From NCBI GenBank assembly GCA_035939775.1, contig DASZFO010000312.1, forward strand, positions 10,844 to 74,843: DNA of 64,000 nucleotides. Reading direction: 5' to 3'. The translations under genes were made by a program, and so were the position numbers. A model generated the notes under the pieces. The model worked only from the letters and a program-made list of their open reading frames with translations. It was not told where the DNA came from and did no database searches. Of the stretch, positions 50,170 through 59,863 are shown in pieces. Each line of letters begins with the position of its first letter. The first letter of the stretch is position 1. The stretch comes from Pirellulales bacterium (lineage in GTDB: Bacteria; Planctomycetota; Planctomycetia; Pirellulales; DATAWG01).

Positions 50170-51582
50170 ATGAAGGCCATCTCGCGGCTTGCATTGGGGT
50201 TGATTGGTCTGGCGGCAGTTCTTGCCGCGGGCGCTCGGGGCGCGACGGATGACAAATCCGTCAGCGAGACCGACAAACTGCAATTCACTCAGAAGCAGGT
50301 ACAGGCGCTGATGCAGGAACTGCAAGAGCGCATGTTCCGTCTAGCCGACCTGACTAAGCAAGCCGAGCCCGACAACTCGACTCGCTTGCTGCTCGCGCTC
50401 CGCAAGGCCCGCGAGCAATTGATCGTCGAGGAGATGAAGGAGATTCTGGAAACGCTTAGCAAGCGAGACCTCACGAAGGCGACCGGCGACACCAAGGAAG
50501 TGCTCGTCAAGCTCGACGAGTTGAAGAAGCTGCTCATCGCCACCGATCTGGAATTGCAGCTTCAGCTCGAGCGGCTGCGACAGTTGCAGGCCGCGATCCG
50601 CCAGCTCGATCAGGCGATCAAGGTCGAGAAGCAGCAAAAGGGCGAATCCGCTCGGCTCGCCGAGTTGATGAAGAAGGGAAGCGAGGTCAAGCCGCAATCG
50701 CTCGACAAGGCCAAGCAAGACGAGGCCGCCAATCGCAAGCGGACCGACGGGGTCGCCGGCGCGGTGAAGGCGCTCGGCGGGCTCGATCCGGCCGTTCAGT
50801 CGCTCACGTCGTCCGGTCAATCGATGTCGGGCGCTGAAGGGAGCCTTGGCAGCGGTAAGCCGGGCGACGCCGAGATGCGGCAATCCGACGCCGTGAAGAA
50901 GCTCGCGGAGGCGCGAGCCCTGCTCGAGAAGGAGCGGCAGAAAGTGCTGCAGGAACTCGAGCAGCAGGTCAAGCGCGTGGTGATCGACAACTTACAGGAA
51001 ATGCTCGACCGCCAGACCGCCATCCGCCGCACGACCGAACGCCTCTCGCCGAAACTGGCGAAAGCGCGCGAGGCGCTAATCCAGCTCCAGCAACTTGCCC
51101 CGGCCGAGCAGCGCGTGGCCGCAATTTGCCAGCAGACGCTCGAACTGGTGACCGAGACGGAATTCAGCGTGGCGCTGCCTCCGGCGCTCGAATCGCTCGA
51201 GAAAAACATGCTCTTGGTGAGCGGCAATCTGGCCGGCGGCCGCGGCGACGAACGGATAATCGAAACGGAAGTGGCCATCGAGCAGGATTTGAAGGATTTA
51301 TTAGAGACCTTCAAGGAAATGCCGACCTTCGCCGGCCAATGCGATTCGCAGTGCAGCGGCTGCAAGGGAAACATGAACAAGCTGCTCGCTGAACTCAAGG
51401 TGGTTCGCATGATGCAGTCGCGGGTGAACAAGGGAACGGTCGACGCCAACGGAGAGGCCCGCCGAGCGGCGGCGGTGGCCGAACTGCCGAGCGAACTGCG
51501 CGAGAAGATCGGCAAACTCCGCGACGGCGAGGAGACGACTCGCGACGCCGTGGATCGACTGCACCAGCGATTTGCCGAGTGA
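50170..51582 (+). CDS. Exported coiled-coil protein
   Basis: RBS AAGGAGG before ATG 50170; signal peptide; long heptad helices; CDSQCSGC near the C-terminus; LAELKVVRMMQSRVN. Confidence 0.7.
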   Translation: MKAISRLALGLIGLAAVLAAGARGATDDKSVSETDKLQFTQKQVQALMQELQERMFRLADLTKQAEPDNSTRLLLALRKAREQLIVEEMKEILETLSKRDLTKATGDTKEVLVKLDELKKLLIATDLELQLQLERLRQLQAAIRQLDQAIKVEKQQKGESARLAELMKKGSEVKPQSLDKAKQDEAANRKRTDGVAGAVKALGGLDPAVQSLTSSGQSMSGAEGSLGSGKPGDAEMRQSDAVKKLAEARALLEKERQKVLQELEQQVKRVVIDNLQEMLDRQTAIRRTTERLSPKLAKAREALIQLQQLAPAEQRVAAICQQTLELVTETEFSVALPPALESLEKNMLLVSGNLAGGRGDERIIETEVAIEQDLKDLLETFKEMPTFAGQCDSQCSGCKGNMNKLLAELKVVRMMQSRVNKGTVDANGEARRAAAVAELPSELREKIGKLRDGEETTRDAVDRLHQRFAE

Positions 51583-51604
51583 CCTTAGTTAAGGAGAACC
51601 GATC

Positions 51605-52252
51605 ATGAATTGCGCGAGAAATAGACGGATTTTCGATACCGCGATCGCGTCCGCGACGACTCTTTTTGCCGTCGGAGTTTGGTCCACCGCCGCGATCCAC
51701 GCGGCGGAGGCAGACTCTCCGAAGATTTCCGCAGTCCAGCGGGTCGCGCATGATTTTGATCTGGTCCCCAAGCTGCTCTCGGCGGCGAAAGGGCGCTCGG
51801 AAAGCGATCCGCTCAAGACGATCTCGCGGCGGATGACCGTGGTTCACGGCGACCTGAGCGAGTTTGAAACCGACGAGCCGGTGCAGACTCGGGAGAAGCA
51901 GGTCGTCAGGTCGCTCGACGAGCTGATCGCCGCTCTGGAGCGGCACTGCAACGGCCTCGGCCGCGGAAACCGCCCGAACGGCGGCCGTAGAGACTCGGTG
52001 ATCGCCAGCGGCAATCCGGCGTTTGGCGCGCTGCACGGAGTGGATGCCAACGCGCGGCAATGGGGCCAGCTTCCCGCAAAGCTCCGCAGCGAAATCCTCC
52101 AGTCGAAGACCGATGGGTTCCCACCGGGCTACGAAGCCTTGCTGCAAAGCTACTATCAGCAGCTTGCCGAGGAAAAATCGCTCGACGACAAGCCAGTCAG
52201 CGCGCCGGCGAGCGATTCCAAGCCAGGCGATCCAACGCCCGCCACGAAGTGA
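51605..52252 (+). CDS. Exported hypothetical protein
   Basis: RBS AAGGAG; signal peptide; WGQLPAKLRSEILQ...FPPGYEALLQSYYQQLA. Confidence 0.7.
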   Translation: MNCARNRRIFDTAIASATTLFAVGVWSTAAIHAAEADSPKISAVQRVAHDFDLVPKLLSAAKGRSESDPLKTISRRMTVVHGDLSEFETDEPVQTREKQVVRSLDELIAALERHCNGLGRGNRPNGGRRDSVIASGNPAFGALHGVDANARQWGQLPAKLRSEILQSKTDGFPPGYEALLQSYYQQLAEEKSLDDKPVSAPASDSKPGDPTPATK

Positions 52253-52282
52253 ACTAGTGGAGCTTCAAAGCTCTGATGTTTT

Positions 52283-52359
52283 GGGTGCCATGCCCACGGC
52301 TCGGCGTGGGCATGAGTTGCATCGAGTCATGGCCACTCAGGGCATGGGCCATGGCACCC
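52283..52359. repeat. REP-like doublet (GGGTGCCATG family), copy 1
   Basis: GGGTGCCATG...CATGGCACCC termini with two internal hairpins. Confidence 0.75.
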
Positions 52360-52405
52360 GCCAAATTCAAATTGATGCTCCAATACTGCTGAACGAGAGC
52401 GTTGA

Positions 52406-53884
52406 ATGATTTTCCAATCTCATACTTATGGCTGCAGGAGAAAGGCAGTCGCGACCGCCGCAACGATGGTCGTCGCGATCTCTGGGAATTGGTTTTGTCC
52501 GCAGGCGGCTGGCGCGGACGCGGCCGCCGCGACTCCCGCGCATTCGATTCCCGGTCCAACGGTCAATCTCAGCGTCACGGAATGGGTCGTGTTCGTGGCC
52601 GACGCGGCGAACCCGCAGTTGAACGCCCGGAACCTGTTCCACGACAGCCTTCCGCAATTCGCCGAGGATTTGCGGAAGGCCGACTCAGCCGATAAAGACC
52701 ATCCTTCCGAACCCGGTCCGATCGGCTTGATCCGCTTTTCCGCCGACGGACCGCTCGACAAGGATGCCACGTTCGATGTGCAGCTTAGCTTCAAGCAGGG
52801 GCGAGCGCTCGGGCATTGGCCACGGGCGAAGGTCCGTTCGGCCGGTCTGCTGTGGCAAGACGTGCATCTCGCGCCGGACAAAGGAGAGCCGCGAAAGCTG
52901 GCGGAAAAATCGTGGCTAGCCGATCTTCGCGGCGGTGGGCTGCCGCTGTTGTTCGGCTCGACGCGCGAGTCGTTTCTGCTCTACGACGTGGAGTTTCCGT
53001 ATTCTCTGACGATGCAAGTCAAGGCCGCCGAGGGGGGCAAGTATTCGGTCGCCCACGGAATGGACGCACCGCTCCACGATTTGACGTTCTACAAGCGCGG
53101 TGCCGAGAAACATTGGCGAACGGCCAACCTTCCGAGCCTAGCCAAGGCCGATGGTTTTCCGAAGCAAGCGGCGGCGGCGCCGGCCGCAAAGACGGAGTCG
53201 GCGAGCAACATTGCTCCGGCAGGGACACGAACCGTCGTAATGCAGAAAGTCGCCGCGGGCGGCGTAGTCATCGCTTCGTCGAAGGTCGCCAACCCACAAG
53301 CCCCCAATATCGTCTCCGCTCCCGCTTCGACGCCTTCGGTGGTAACAAAGCCGATCAAGGGGACCGAGATCGCGCTGGGGCCCGCCGCGGAGACCGATGA
53401 GACGGTGCTGGCCCCTTGGCGGGCGAAGTTGGCCGACGCGGGTGTTTTGCCGGCCGATCGGGAAGTGGTCCTCAAGATTCTGGCTCGGCAGGCCCTCGAT
53501 TCCAATCGGTTGACCGCCGTCTATCGAATGGACCCAGCGGAATTGGATCGCATCCTGCCGCTGGAGGTCGTGCCGCAGCCGAAGAAGGTCTCGCGGATCG
53601 CGCTGGTCGTCGTTCGGGGCATAGACCCGGCGATCGGCGACGAGCTGGATCAATTGGTCAAGAAGCTCGGCGATCCATCTTGGAAGACGCGCGAGGCGGC
53701 GACCACGGAGATCAAGAAGCTGGGGGTTCGCGCCAAATCGCGGCTCGAGGAGGCGGCGAAGAGCAAAGACGCCGAAGTCGCCTATCGCGCCGAGCAATTG
53801 CTGGCGGGCATTTCAACCGACGCCGACCAATCGATGGACAGCACCGTGACCGGCGCCGTCCAAGCCATTGGCGGATTCTTCTAG
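52406..53884 (+). CDS. Exported protein with C-terminal HEAT-like repeat
   Basis: EWVVF motif; LVKKLGDPSWKTREAAT...DAEVAYRAEQLL; exact start uncertain. Confidence 0.65.
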   Translation: MIFQSHTYGCRRKAVATAATMVVAISGNWFCPQAAGADAAAATPAHSIPGPTVNLSVTEWVVFVADAANPQLNARNLFHDSLPQFAEDLRKADSADKDHPSEPGPIGLIRFSADGPLDKDATFDVQLSFKQGRALGHWPRAKVRSAGLLWQDVHLAPDKGEPRKLAEKSWLADLRGGGLPLLFGSTRESFLLYDVEFPYSLTMQVKAAEGGKYSVAHGMDAPLHDLTFYKRGAEKHWRTANLPSLAKADGFPKQAAAAPAAKTESASNIAPAGTRTVVMQKVAAGGVVIASSKVANPQAPNIVSAPASTPSVVTKPIKGTEIALGPAAETDETVLAPWRAKLADAGVLPADREVVLKILARQALDSNRLTAVYRMDPAELDRILPLEVVPQPKKVSRIALVVVRGIDPAIGDELDQLVKKLGDPSWKTREAATTEIKKLGVRAKSRLEEAAKSKDAEVAYRAEQLLAGISTDADQSMDSTVTGAVQAIGGFF

Positions 53885-53907
53885 GAAGCTTGAAGGTGAT
53901 CTCGGAT

Positions 53908-53985
53908 GGGTGCCATGGCCACTGCCCCGAGTGGCCTTGCGCCAGCTCAGTTCCATGCCGACCCAAAGCTGTGGGCATGGCACCC
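53908..53985. repeat. REP-like doublet (GGGTGCCATG family), copy 2, inverted relative to copy 1
   Basis: Reverse complement aligns arm by arm with 52283-52359. Confidence 0.75.
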
Positions 53986-54016
53986 GACGTTTCCGAATAG
54001 CACGTTCTTCTAGATC

Positions 54017-55144
54017 CTACTCCGCCAGCAATTTGTCGATCTTCGCCGCGGTGTCTTCCCTCGCGTCGATGAATCGGAGCACTCCCTTCTTATCCACGAG
54101 GAACATCGTGGGGATTCCGCCGACTCCCCATTGCGCGGCCAGCGGGTGCCACGGCTCCTTTTCCGTCTGCGACTCTTCGCGCAACTGCGGCCAAGTCATG
54201 TCCTTGTCCTTGATGAACGTATTGACCGTGTCGTCGTCGCTATCGCAATCCAAGCCGACGATCTCGAACCCCTTGGAGTGATACGTCTTGTAAAGCTCCT
54301 TGATCCGCGGGATTTCGGCGTTGCACGGCCCGCACCAGGTCGCCCAAAAGTCGATGAGCACCACCTTGCCCTTCCAATCGGCGGAAGTAAGCGTTTTGCC
54401 GGTGCTGGTGCGTCCGGCGGCGGCTAGCGGCTTGCCGATCAGCTCGCGCTGGGCTCCGTTTGGGTCGAGTTCGGTGGCGAGCTGCTTGGCCTTTTCGCTC
54501 GTCATCACCTTGCGCAAGACAGCCACGGCTTCCATCGCCACGTCGTCGTTGGCCGGCCCGACGCTGGCCATGACGGCGAGCGTCAGTGCGACCTTTTCGC
54601 TGGCTGGGTTGGCCTTGGCGACGGCGGTGAAGTCGGTCAAGATTTTCTCCTGAGCTTCGGCATTCTTCGAGCCGAGCCACCACTTGCTCAGGACCAGCGC
54701 CGCTTTGGCCGCAAGCGCATTGCTTCCGCCGGCGGCGGTCTTTTCCAAGATCGCCGTCGCGGCATCATCTCCAAGCGTCGCGAGCATCGCCAGATACTGG
54801 CAGCGATCGTCTTCCAATCCCTGTCGCTCGTCAGCATCCTTCTGCGCCGCGGCCAGCTCCTTGAGCAGATCGGCCGTCTGCTGCAATAGGGGCCGCACCT
54901 TCGGGCCATCCTGCTTGCGGAAATCGGCGTCGGTGATCGACGAGATCGAAGGCATCACCGCATCCAACTTCTCCTTGGTCGCGCTCAGCTCGGCGAGGAT
55001 CGCCTTTTCGTCGCGATCTTTCGCCGCGACAGTATCCTTGGCTGCCGGCTCCTTCGCGGCCTGGTCATCCGCGCGGACGGCCACCGCCCCGATTGTCAAT
55101 ACGAGCAAGAATCCCCACGCCATCGTTTTCCGTTTACGGATCAT
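54017..55144 (-). CDS. TlpA-family thiol-disulfide oxidoreductase (exported)
   Basis: KGKVVLIDFWATWCGPC, GIPTMFLVDKKG; signal peptide; start refined to ATG 55144 (GAGG upstream). Confidence 0.9.
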   Translation of the reverse strand: MIRKRKTMAWGFLLVLTIGAVAVRADDQAAKEPAAKDTVAAKDRDEKAILAELSATKEKLDAVMPSISSITDADFRKQDGPKVRPLLQQTADLLKELAAAQKDADERQGLEDDRCQYLAMLATLGDDAATAILEKTAAGGSNALAAKAALVLSKWWLGSKNAEAQEKILTDFTAVAKANPASEKVALTLAVMASVGPANDDVAMEAVAVLRKVMTSEKAKQLATELDPNGAQRELIGKPLAAAGRTSTGKTLTSADWKGKVVLIDFWATWCGPCNAEIPRIKELYKTYHSKGFEIVGLDCDSDDDTVNTFIKDKDMTWPQLREESQTEKEPWHPLAAQWGVGGIPTMFLVDKKGVLRFIDAREDTAAKIDKLLAE

Positions 55145-55283
55145 AGATATCCTCTCGATTCGATTGATGACTTCCACCGCGCCGCGCGGACCGACAGCTT
55201 GACAATTATAGCAGTTCGGGCAAAGAAGGCCCTATGGTTTGTTGACTCGTGATAATATCACCACTCCTCAGCGTCATTTATTT

Positions 55284-55354
55284 ACCACAAAGGACACCGA
55301 GAACAGGAAGGGGGCACGATGGAGTCACTTTGTGTCCTTCGTGCCCTTCGTGGT
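55284..55354. repeat. Inverted 9-mer repeat cassette
   Basis: ACCACAAAGGACAC... facing ...GTGTCCTTCGTGCCCTTCGTGGT. Confidence 0.55.
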
Positions 55355-55389
55355 TCTACGATCCGGAGGTGATAGGCGTCCGCGTTGGC

Positions 55390-57711
55390 TCATCCTGGTT
55401 TTGCTGGCACGAGTTGGCTGTGGATCAGGAGGAATTTCTTATCTCCGGCCGCTGAAGCGAACAGGACCGTGGCGGCGCGTTTGGGGCCCGTGCCGCCGAT
55501 GGCGATGATCTTGCCGAGGCCATAGTCAGGATGCCGCACCACCATGCCTTGCTCGAATTGATCGGGCGAGATGGCCTGTTTGGCGGCCGCCGGCGCGACC
55601 GGTTCTTCGACCATCGCCGCGGCCGTCGTTAGCCGGATGCGCGATAGGCTGGGCGGGCTGAATTCGATGTCGGCCGAGCCGCCCGCCTCGGTGTCGTCGC
55701 CCATCGAGCCGTCGTCCTCATGGTGATGGCGCTGGTCGTGGTGGTCGTCAGCTTCATGTTGCTGGCCGCCCCAGCTTGGATCGGGGAAGAGCATCTCGGC
55801 CGATTCCAGTTCTTCGTGCGGCAACTCGAGCAGGAATTGACTGGGGACCGACATCCGTTGCGCGCCGCGGAAATCGCGATATCGAGACAGGCTCAGGTGC
55901 AATTCCTCGCGCGCCCGCGTGATCCCGACGAACAGCAGCCGCCGCTCCTCCTCGAGTTCCTCGGGCGATTGCCGGCTCCGCTCGTGCGGCAAGAGCCCCT
56001 CTTCCACGGCAATCACGAACACCACGGGGAATTCCAGACCCTTGGCGGCGTGCATCGTCATCAGCGTCACGCGGTCGTCGTCCGCCTCCCAGGCGTCGGT
56101 GTCGTTCACGAGGCAGGCCTGCTCGAGGAAGTTTTCGAGCCGGTTCTCTCCCGGATTCTGCTCGTCGAACTCGTGCGCGGCCGTGATCAATTCCTCGATG
56201 TTGGCCAGCCGTTCCTGATCGGCTTCGTCGTCGGAATCCTTGAGCGCCTGCTGATAGCCCGATTCGGCGAGCACTTGCCGCATGATCTCCTGCACGGAAC
56301 CGGTGCTGGACAGCGACAAGCGGTCGTACATCGCGACGAACTTGGCCACGGCCACGGCGGCGCGCTTGTTGAGCGACTCGATCAATCCCGCCTCGCGGGC
56401 GGCGTCGAGCAGCGGCTTGCCCCGGCGGGCGGCGTGGTCCACAAGCTGCTGGATCGTGGAGCGGCCAATTCCCCGCGGCGGCGTATTGATGATCCGCAGC
56501 AGGGCCACGTTGTCGCGCGGGTTGTTCAGAAGGTGCAGGTAGGCCAGGATGTCTTTGATCTCCTTGCGCTGATAGAACTCCAGTCCGTTGACCATCTGAT
56601 ACGGAACAGCGAATTCGCGCAGGGCGAATTCCAGCGACCGCGACAAGGCGTTGACGCGGTAGAAAATCGCGAAATCGCGCGGCCGCCGCCGGCCGGCAAG
56701 CACATCCTCGGAAATCCGCTGGGCGATCGCCTCGGCCTCGACCTTCTGCGTCACATAGGTAACCAGTCGCACCGGCCGCCCTTCGTCGTTCTCCGTGAAG
56801 AGCCGCTTCAACTTGCGCTTGACGTTGTGGGCGATCAGATGATCGGCCACGCGGAGGATTCGCTGCGTGCTGCGGTAATTCTGCTCGAGCCGCACGACTT
56901 GCACGTGCGGGAAATCCTTCTCGAAATCGAGGATGTTGTTCAGGTTCGCTCCCCGCCAGCCGTAGATCGATTGGTCGGGGTCGCCGGTGACCGCCAGGTT
57001 CGGATAATCGGCCGACAGGGCCCGGACGATCATGTACTGCGCCAGGTTCGTGTCCTGATATTCATCGACAAGGATGTAGCGATAGCGGGCGTCCAGGTGA
57101 CGCCGCACTTCGGCGTTCTCGCGCAGCAGCGTGGCAATATGCAACAGCAGGTCGTCGAAATCCACCGCGCTCGAGGCCAGCAACCGCGCCTGATAGGCCG
57201 GATAGACCTGGCCAACGATATGGCCGAGCGGGCTGCCGGCGCGCGGCTCGTACTGGTCGGGCGCGATTAGATGGTTTTTGGCCCAGCTTATGGCCGCCTG
57301 GATGCGCTCGGGCGTGACGTGCGTGAGTTCGAGGTCGAGGGCTTCCAGCGTGTGCCGCAGCGCTTTGTGGCTGTCGTCGGTGTCGTAGATCGTGTAGTTT
57401 TCGGTCAGCCCCACGAGCGGCGCGTATTGCCGCAGCAGTCGGGCGCAGAAGCGATGAAACGTGCTCAGCCAAACGTTCGCCCCAGGGGCCAAGAGCGCTA
57501 CGCGGCGCTTCATCTCGTCCGCAGCCTTGTTCGTGAAGGTCAGGGCGAGAATCTGATAGCTCGGCACGCCGCGAGCGAGCAGATAGGCGATCCGATGCGT
57601 GATGACCCGCGTCTTGCCGCTCCCCGGTCCGGCTAGGATCAGCAGCGGCCCGTCTCCATGCCGGACCGCCTCCTGCTGCGGTGGGTTCAGTGATTCCAAT
57701 AGGTGTTCCAA
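55390..57711 (-). CDS. pcrA: ATP-dependent DNA helicase PcrA/UvrD
   Basis: LAGPGSGKT, TFTNKAA, VDEYQDTN, GDPDQSIYGWRGA, LEQNYRS, HAAKGLEF, EEERRLLFVGITRA, C-terminal Tudor-like HPDYGLG; TTG start. Confidence 0.93.
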   Translation of the reverse strand: MEHLLESLNPPQQEAVRHGDGPLLILAGPGSGKTRVITHRIAYLLARGVPSYQILALTFTNKAADEMKRRVALLAPGANVWLSTFHRFCARLLRQYAPLVGLTENYTIYDTDDSHKALRHTLEALDLELTHVTPERIQAAISWAKNHLIAPDQYEPRAGSPLGHIVGQVYPAYQARLLASSAVDFDDLLLHIATLLRENAEVRRHLDARYRYILVDEYQDTNLAQYMIVRALSADYPNLAVTGDPDQSIYGWRGANLNNILDFEKDFPHVQVVRLEQNYRSTQRILRVADHLIAHNVKRKLKRLFTENDEGRPVRLVTYVTQKVEAEAIAQRISEDVLAGRRRPRDFAIFYRVNALSRSLEFALREFAVPYQMVNGLEFYQRKEIKDILAYLHLLNNPRDNVALLRIINTPPRGIGRSTIQQLVDHAARRGKPLLDAAREAGLIESLNKRAAVAVAKFVAMYDRLSLSSTGSVQEIMRQVLAESGYQQALKDSDDEADQERLANIEELITAAHEFDEQNPGENRLENFLEQACLVNDTDAWEADDDRVTLMTMHAAKGLEFPVVFVIAVEEGLLPHERSRQSPEELEEERRLLFVGITRAREELHLSLSRYRDFRGAQRMSVPSQFLLELPHEELESAEMLFPDPSWGGQQHEADDHHDQRHHHEDDGSMGDDTEAGGSADIEFSPPSLSRIRLTTAAAMVEEPVAPAAAKQAISPDQFEQGMVVRHPDYGLGKIIAIGGTGPKRAATVLFASAAGDKKFLLIHSQLVPAKPG

Positions 57712-58007
57712 TGAGGCGTCCTTCTGCGGCTGTTATTGAACCTTCTATCAGCATGATAGAGCAAGTCGGCTCCGCGCTTAAGTGCTATCGCTGCTAGCAC
57801 TTCAATTCTTCGCACCGACAGAAAAAAAGGTAGGCAAAACGGCGCGGATTGATATACTACGACCTCATCGGAAGCTCCGCGAGAATGTGGACAGGAGATA
57901 TTGGAAGGGAGTCCGGCAACGGCTAAAGGGATCTCGCCGGCTCAACTTTCAGCCTTCTCTCTCGCGCAGCATAGGACTCTGCAACGTACCCAGGGAGGGA
58001 ACAAGTC

Positions 58008-58280
58008 GTGACGCGCATTCCTTTGAACCACGTCGCCGGGCAAGCCAAGGATCTAAGAGAGCGACTCGAAATGAGCACGGCCGAGATCGGCCTCACGGTC
58101 CGCACGACCAATTGCCTTGAAGAAAAAGGCATCTTCACCGTGAACGATCTCTTGCACTCGACCCGCGAAGACCTGCTCAGCATCTCCAACTTCGGCGAGA
58201 AAACGCTGGAGGAGGTCTATTTGGCGCTGGAGCGGATCGGCTTCTACCGCAAGACGAAGCGAGAAACCGTCGGCGTTTAA
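58008..58280 (+). CDS. Stand-alone RNA polymerase alpha-subunit C-terminal domain protein
   Basis: 90 aa; LTVRTTNCLEEKGIFTVNDLL...LLSISNFGEKTLEEV; GTG start with GGAGG; no alpha N-terminal domain. Confidence 0.85.
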   Translation: MTRIPLNHVAGQAKDLRERLEMSTAEIGLTVRTTNCLEEKGIFTVNDLLHSTREDLLSISNFGEKTLEEVYLALERIGFYRKTKRETVGV

Positions 58281-58504
58281 GCGCGGGGGCGGTTCGTAGG
58301 CCAGCGATACCCTCCGTCTGCGGCCGGACAGTCGCGGGCGATGCGTTTTGTGCCCGGTCACCCGTTTTTTCGCCGCCCGAGTGACGGTAAACTCAAGGGC
58401 TGTGAATCGGAGTGCGGGGCTTGCGCGGAGGATCCGCCCCCGATTCGTTTGCAGCCCGTGGGGCCGGCGGCGAGTCTGTCGCTGGCGAAGAATCGGGGAT
58501 CGTC

Positions 58505-59863
58505 GTGGCCGCCCGCTCGTTTCGGATGTATGGCAAGAAGCGCGGCCATCGCCGCACTGGCTCCAGCGCTTGGGGGAGCTTGGGCGAGGCGGTCGTGTTC
58601 GTCTTCTTTCTCGCGCTGGGCAGCGTGTTCCTTGTGCTGCTGCTGCGAATGCCGGTGCTGCCCGAGTGGCGGGCGAATCACGATTTCGTGCAGACAACCG
58701 GGACCGTTCTCGAAAAACGCGTCGGTGAAACGCCGGGGCTCGATGGCACCAGCTACCGCGCCGAGATTCTCATTCGGTACGCAGTCGGCGAGAAGCAATA
58801 CGAAGCGTTGACCTTCGATATTACGTTCGATTCTCCTTGGGCCTATTCGAGCAATCGCGAGTCGCGGCAGGCGGAGATCGATCAATTCAAGATCGCCACG
58901 CCCTGCGACGTTTGGTACGACCCGAAGGCCCCGGCGACGGCCGTCGTCGTGCGCGGCTATAGCGGCTGGCTCTGGTCGCTGTTGCTGCTTCCCGGTTCGT
59001 TCATCATCATCGGCGGCGCGGGGCTGATTTTTGCGCTGTTGCACTGGGGAAAGTCGCCGGAGCATTTGGCGGCGGCGACGCAATTGGCCGCGCGGCTGGA
59101 ACTGTTCGAGGAATCGACCCCGCTGGCCAAAGACTATCCGCATGTGCCGCGCGACGCCAATCTCACGAACAGCCCCGGCACACGGCTTAAATACCGTTTG
59201 CCGATCAATACGGTGCGGGGTTGGAAGCTGCTTGCAGCGACGTTCATCTGTTTCTGCTGGAACGGGATCGTCGTGGGATTCGTTGTGATGGCCCTGCCGA
59301 ACAGAGCGAGCGGCGAGGCGATGGAAACCCCGTCGCCGACGAACTGGTGGCTGTTGCTGTTCACATTGCCGTTCTTGCTCGTCGGGCTGGGGATGATTTA
59401 CTTTCTGGTCCGGCAGGTGCTGATCGCAACCGGTCTAGGCCCGACGCAACTGGAAATCTCCGATCATCCGTTGCTCCCCGGCCGGCATTACGATCTGTTT
59501 CTCTCGCAGGCCGGCCGGCTGATGATCGATTCGCTTGAGGTCGATCTCGTATGCGATGAGCAGGCGACATACCGGCAAGGGACCGACACTCGCACGGAGC
59601 AGCGGCGCGTGTGCCGGCAGCGCGTGTTCGATCGCCGCAAGTTCGAGATTCCTCAAGGGATGCCGTTCGAGCAGCAGTGCCGGATCGAGATCCCCGCCGA
59701 CGCGATGCACTCCTTCTCGTCGGACCACAACGAGGTGCAATGGAAGTTCGTCGTTCGCGGCGAGATCGGCGGCTGGCCCAAATACGAACGGAGCTTTCCG
59801 ATCGTCGTGTTTCCCAGGCCGGCGGCGATAAGTACGAAGTACGAAGTACAAAGTGCGAAATAG
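58505..59863 (+). CDS. DUF3592 membrane protein with C-terminal arrestin-like beta domain
   Basis: TM, TTGTVL, VWYDPKAPATAVV, further TMs, IPADAMHSF..NEVQWKFVVRG; GTG 58505 estimated. Confidence 0.7.
   Translation: MAARSFRMYGKKRGHRRTGSSAWGSLGEAVVFVFFLALGSVFLVLLLRMPVLPEWRANHDFVQTTGTVLEKRVGETPGLDGTSYRAEILIRYAVGEKQYEALTFDITFDSPWAYSSNRESRQAEIDQFKIATPCDVWYDPKAPATAVVVRGYSGWLWSLLLLPGSFIIIGGAGLIFALLHWGKSPEHLAAATQLAARLELFEESTPLAKDYPHVPRDANLTNSPGTRLKYRLPINTVRGWKLLAATFICFCWNGIVVGFVVMALPNRASGEAMETPSPTNWWLLLFTLPFLLVGLGMIYFLVRQVLIATGLGPTQLEISDHPLLPGRHYDLFLSQAGRLMIDSLEVDLVCDEQATYRQGTDTRTEQRRVCRQRVFDRRKFEIPQGMPFEQQCRIEIPADAMHSFSSDHNEVQWKFVVRGEIGGWPKYERSFPIVVFPRPAAISTKYEVQSAK

Noticed and set aside
51340..51363. 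Radical SAM enzyme from CxxxCxxC
   Set aside because: Motif lies near the C-terminus of an exported coiled-coil protein with no TIM-barrel motifs
57780..57802. CIRCE operator
   Set aside because: Arms are in the reverse order (AAGTGCTA...TAGCACTT) with a 7-nt spacer, not TTAGCACTC-N9-GAGTGCTAA, and no chaperone genes are adjacent
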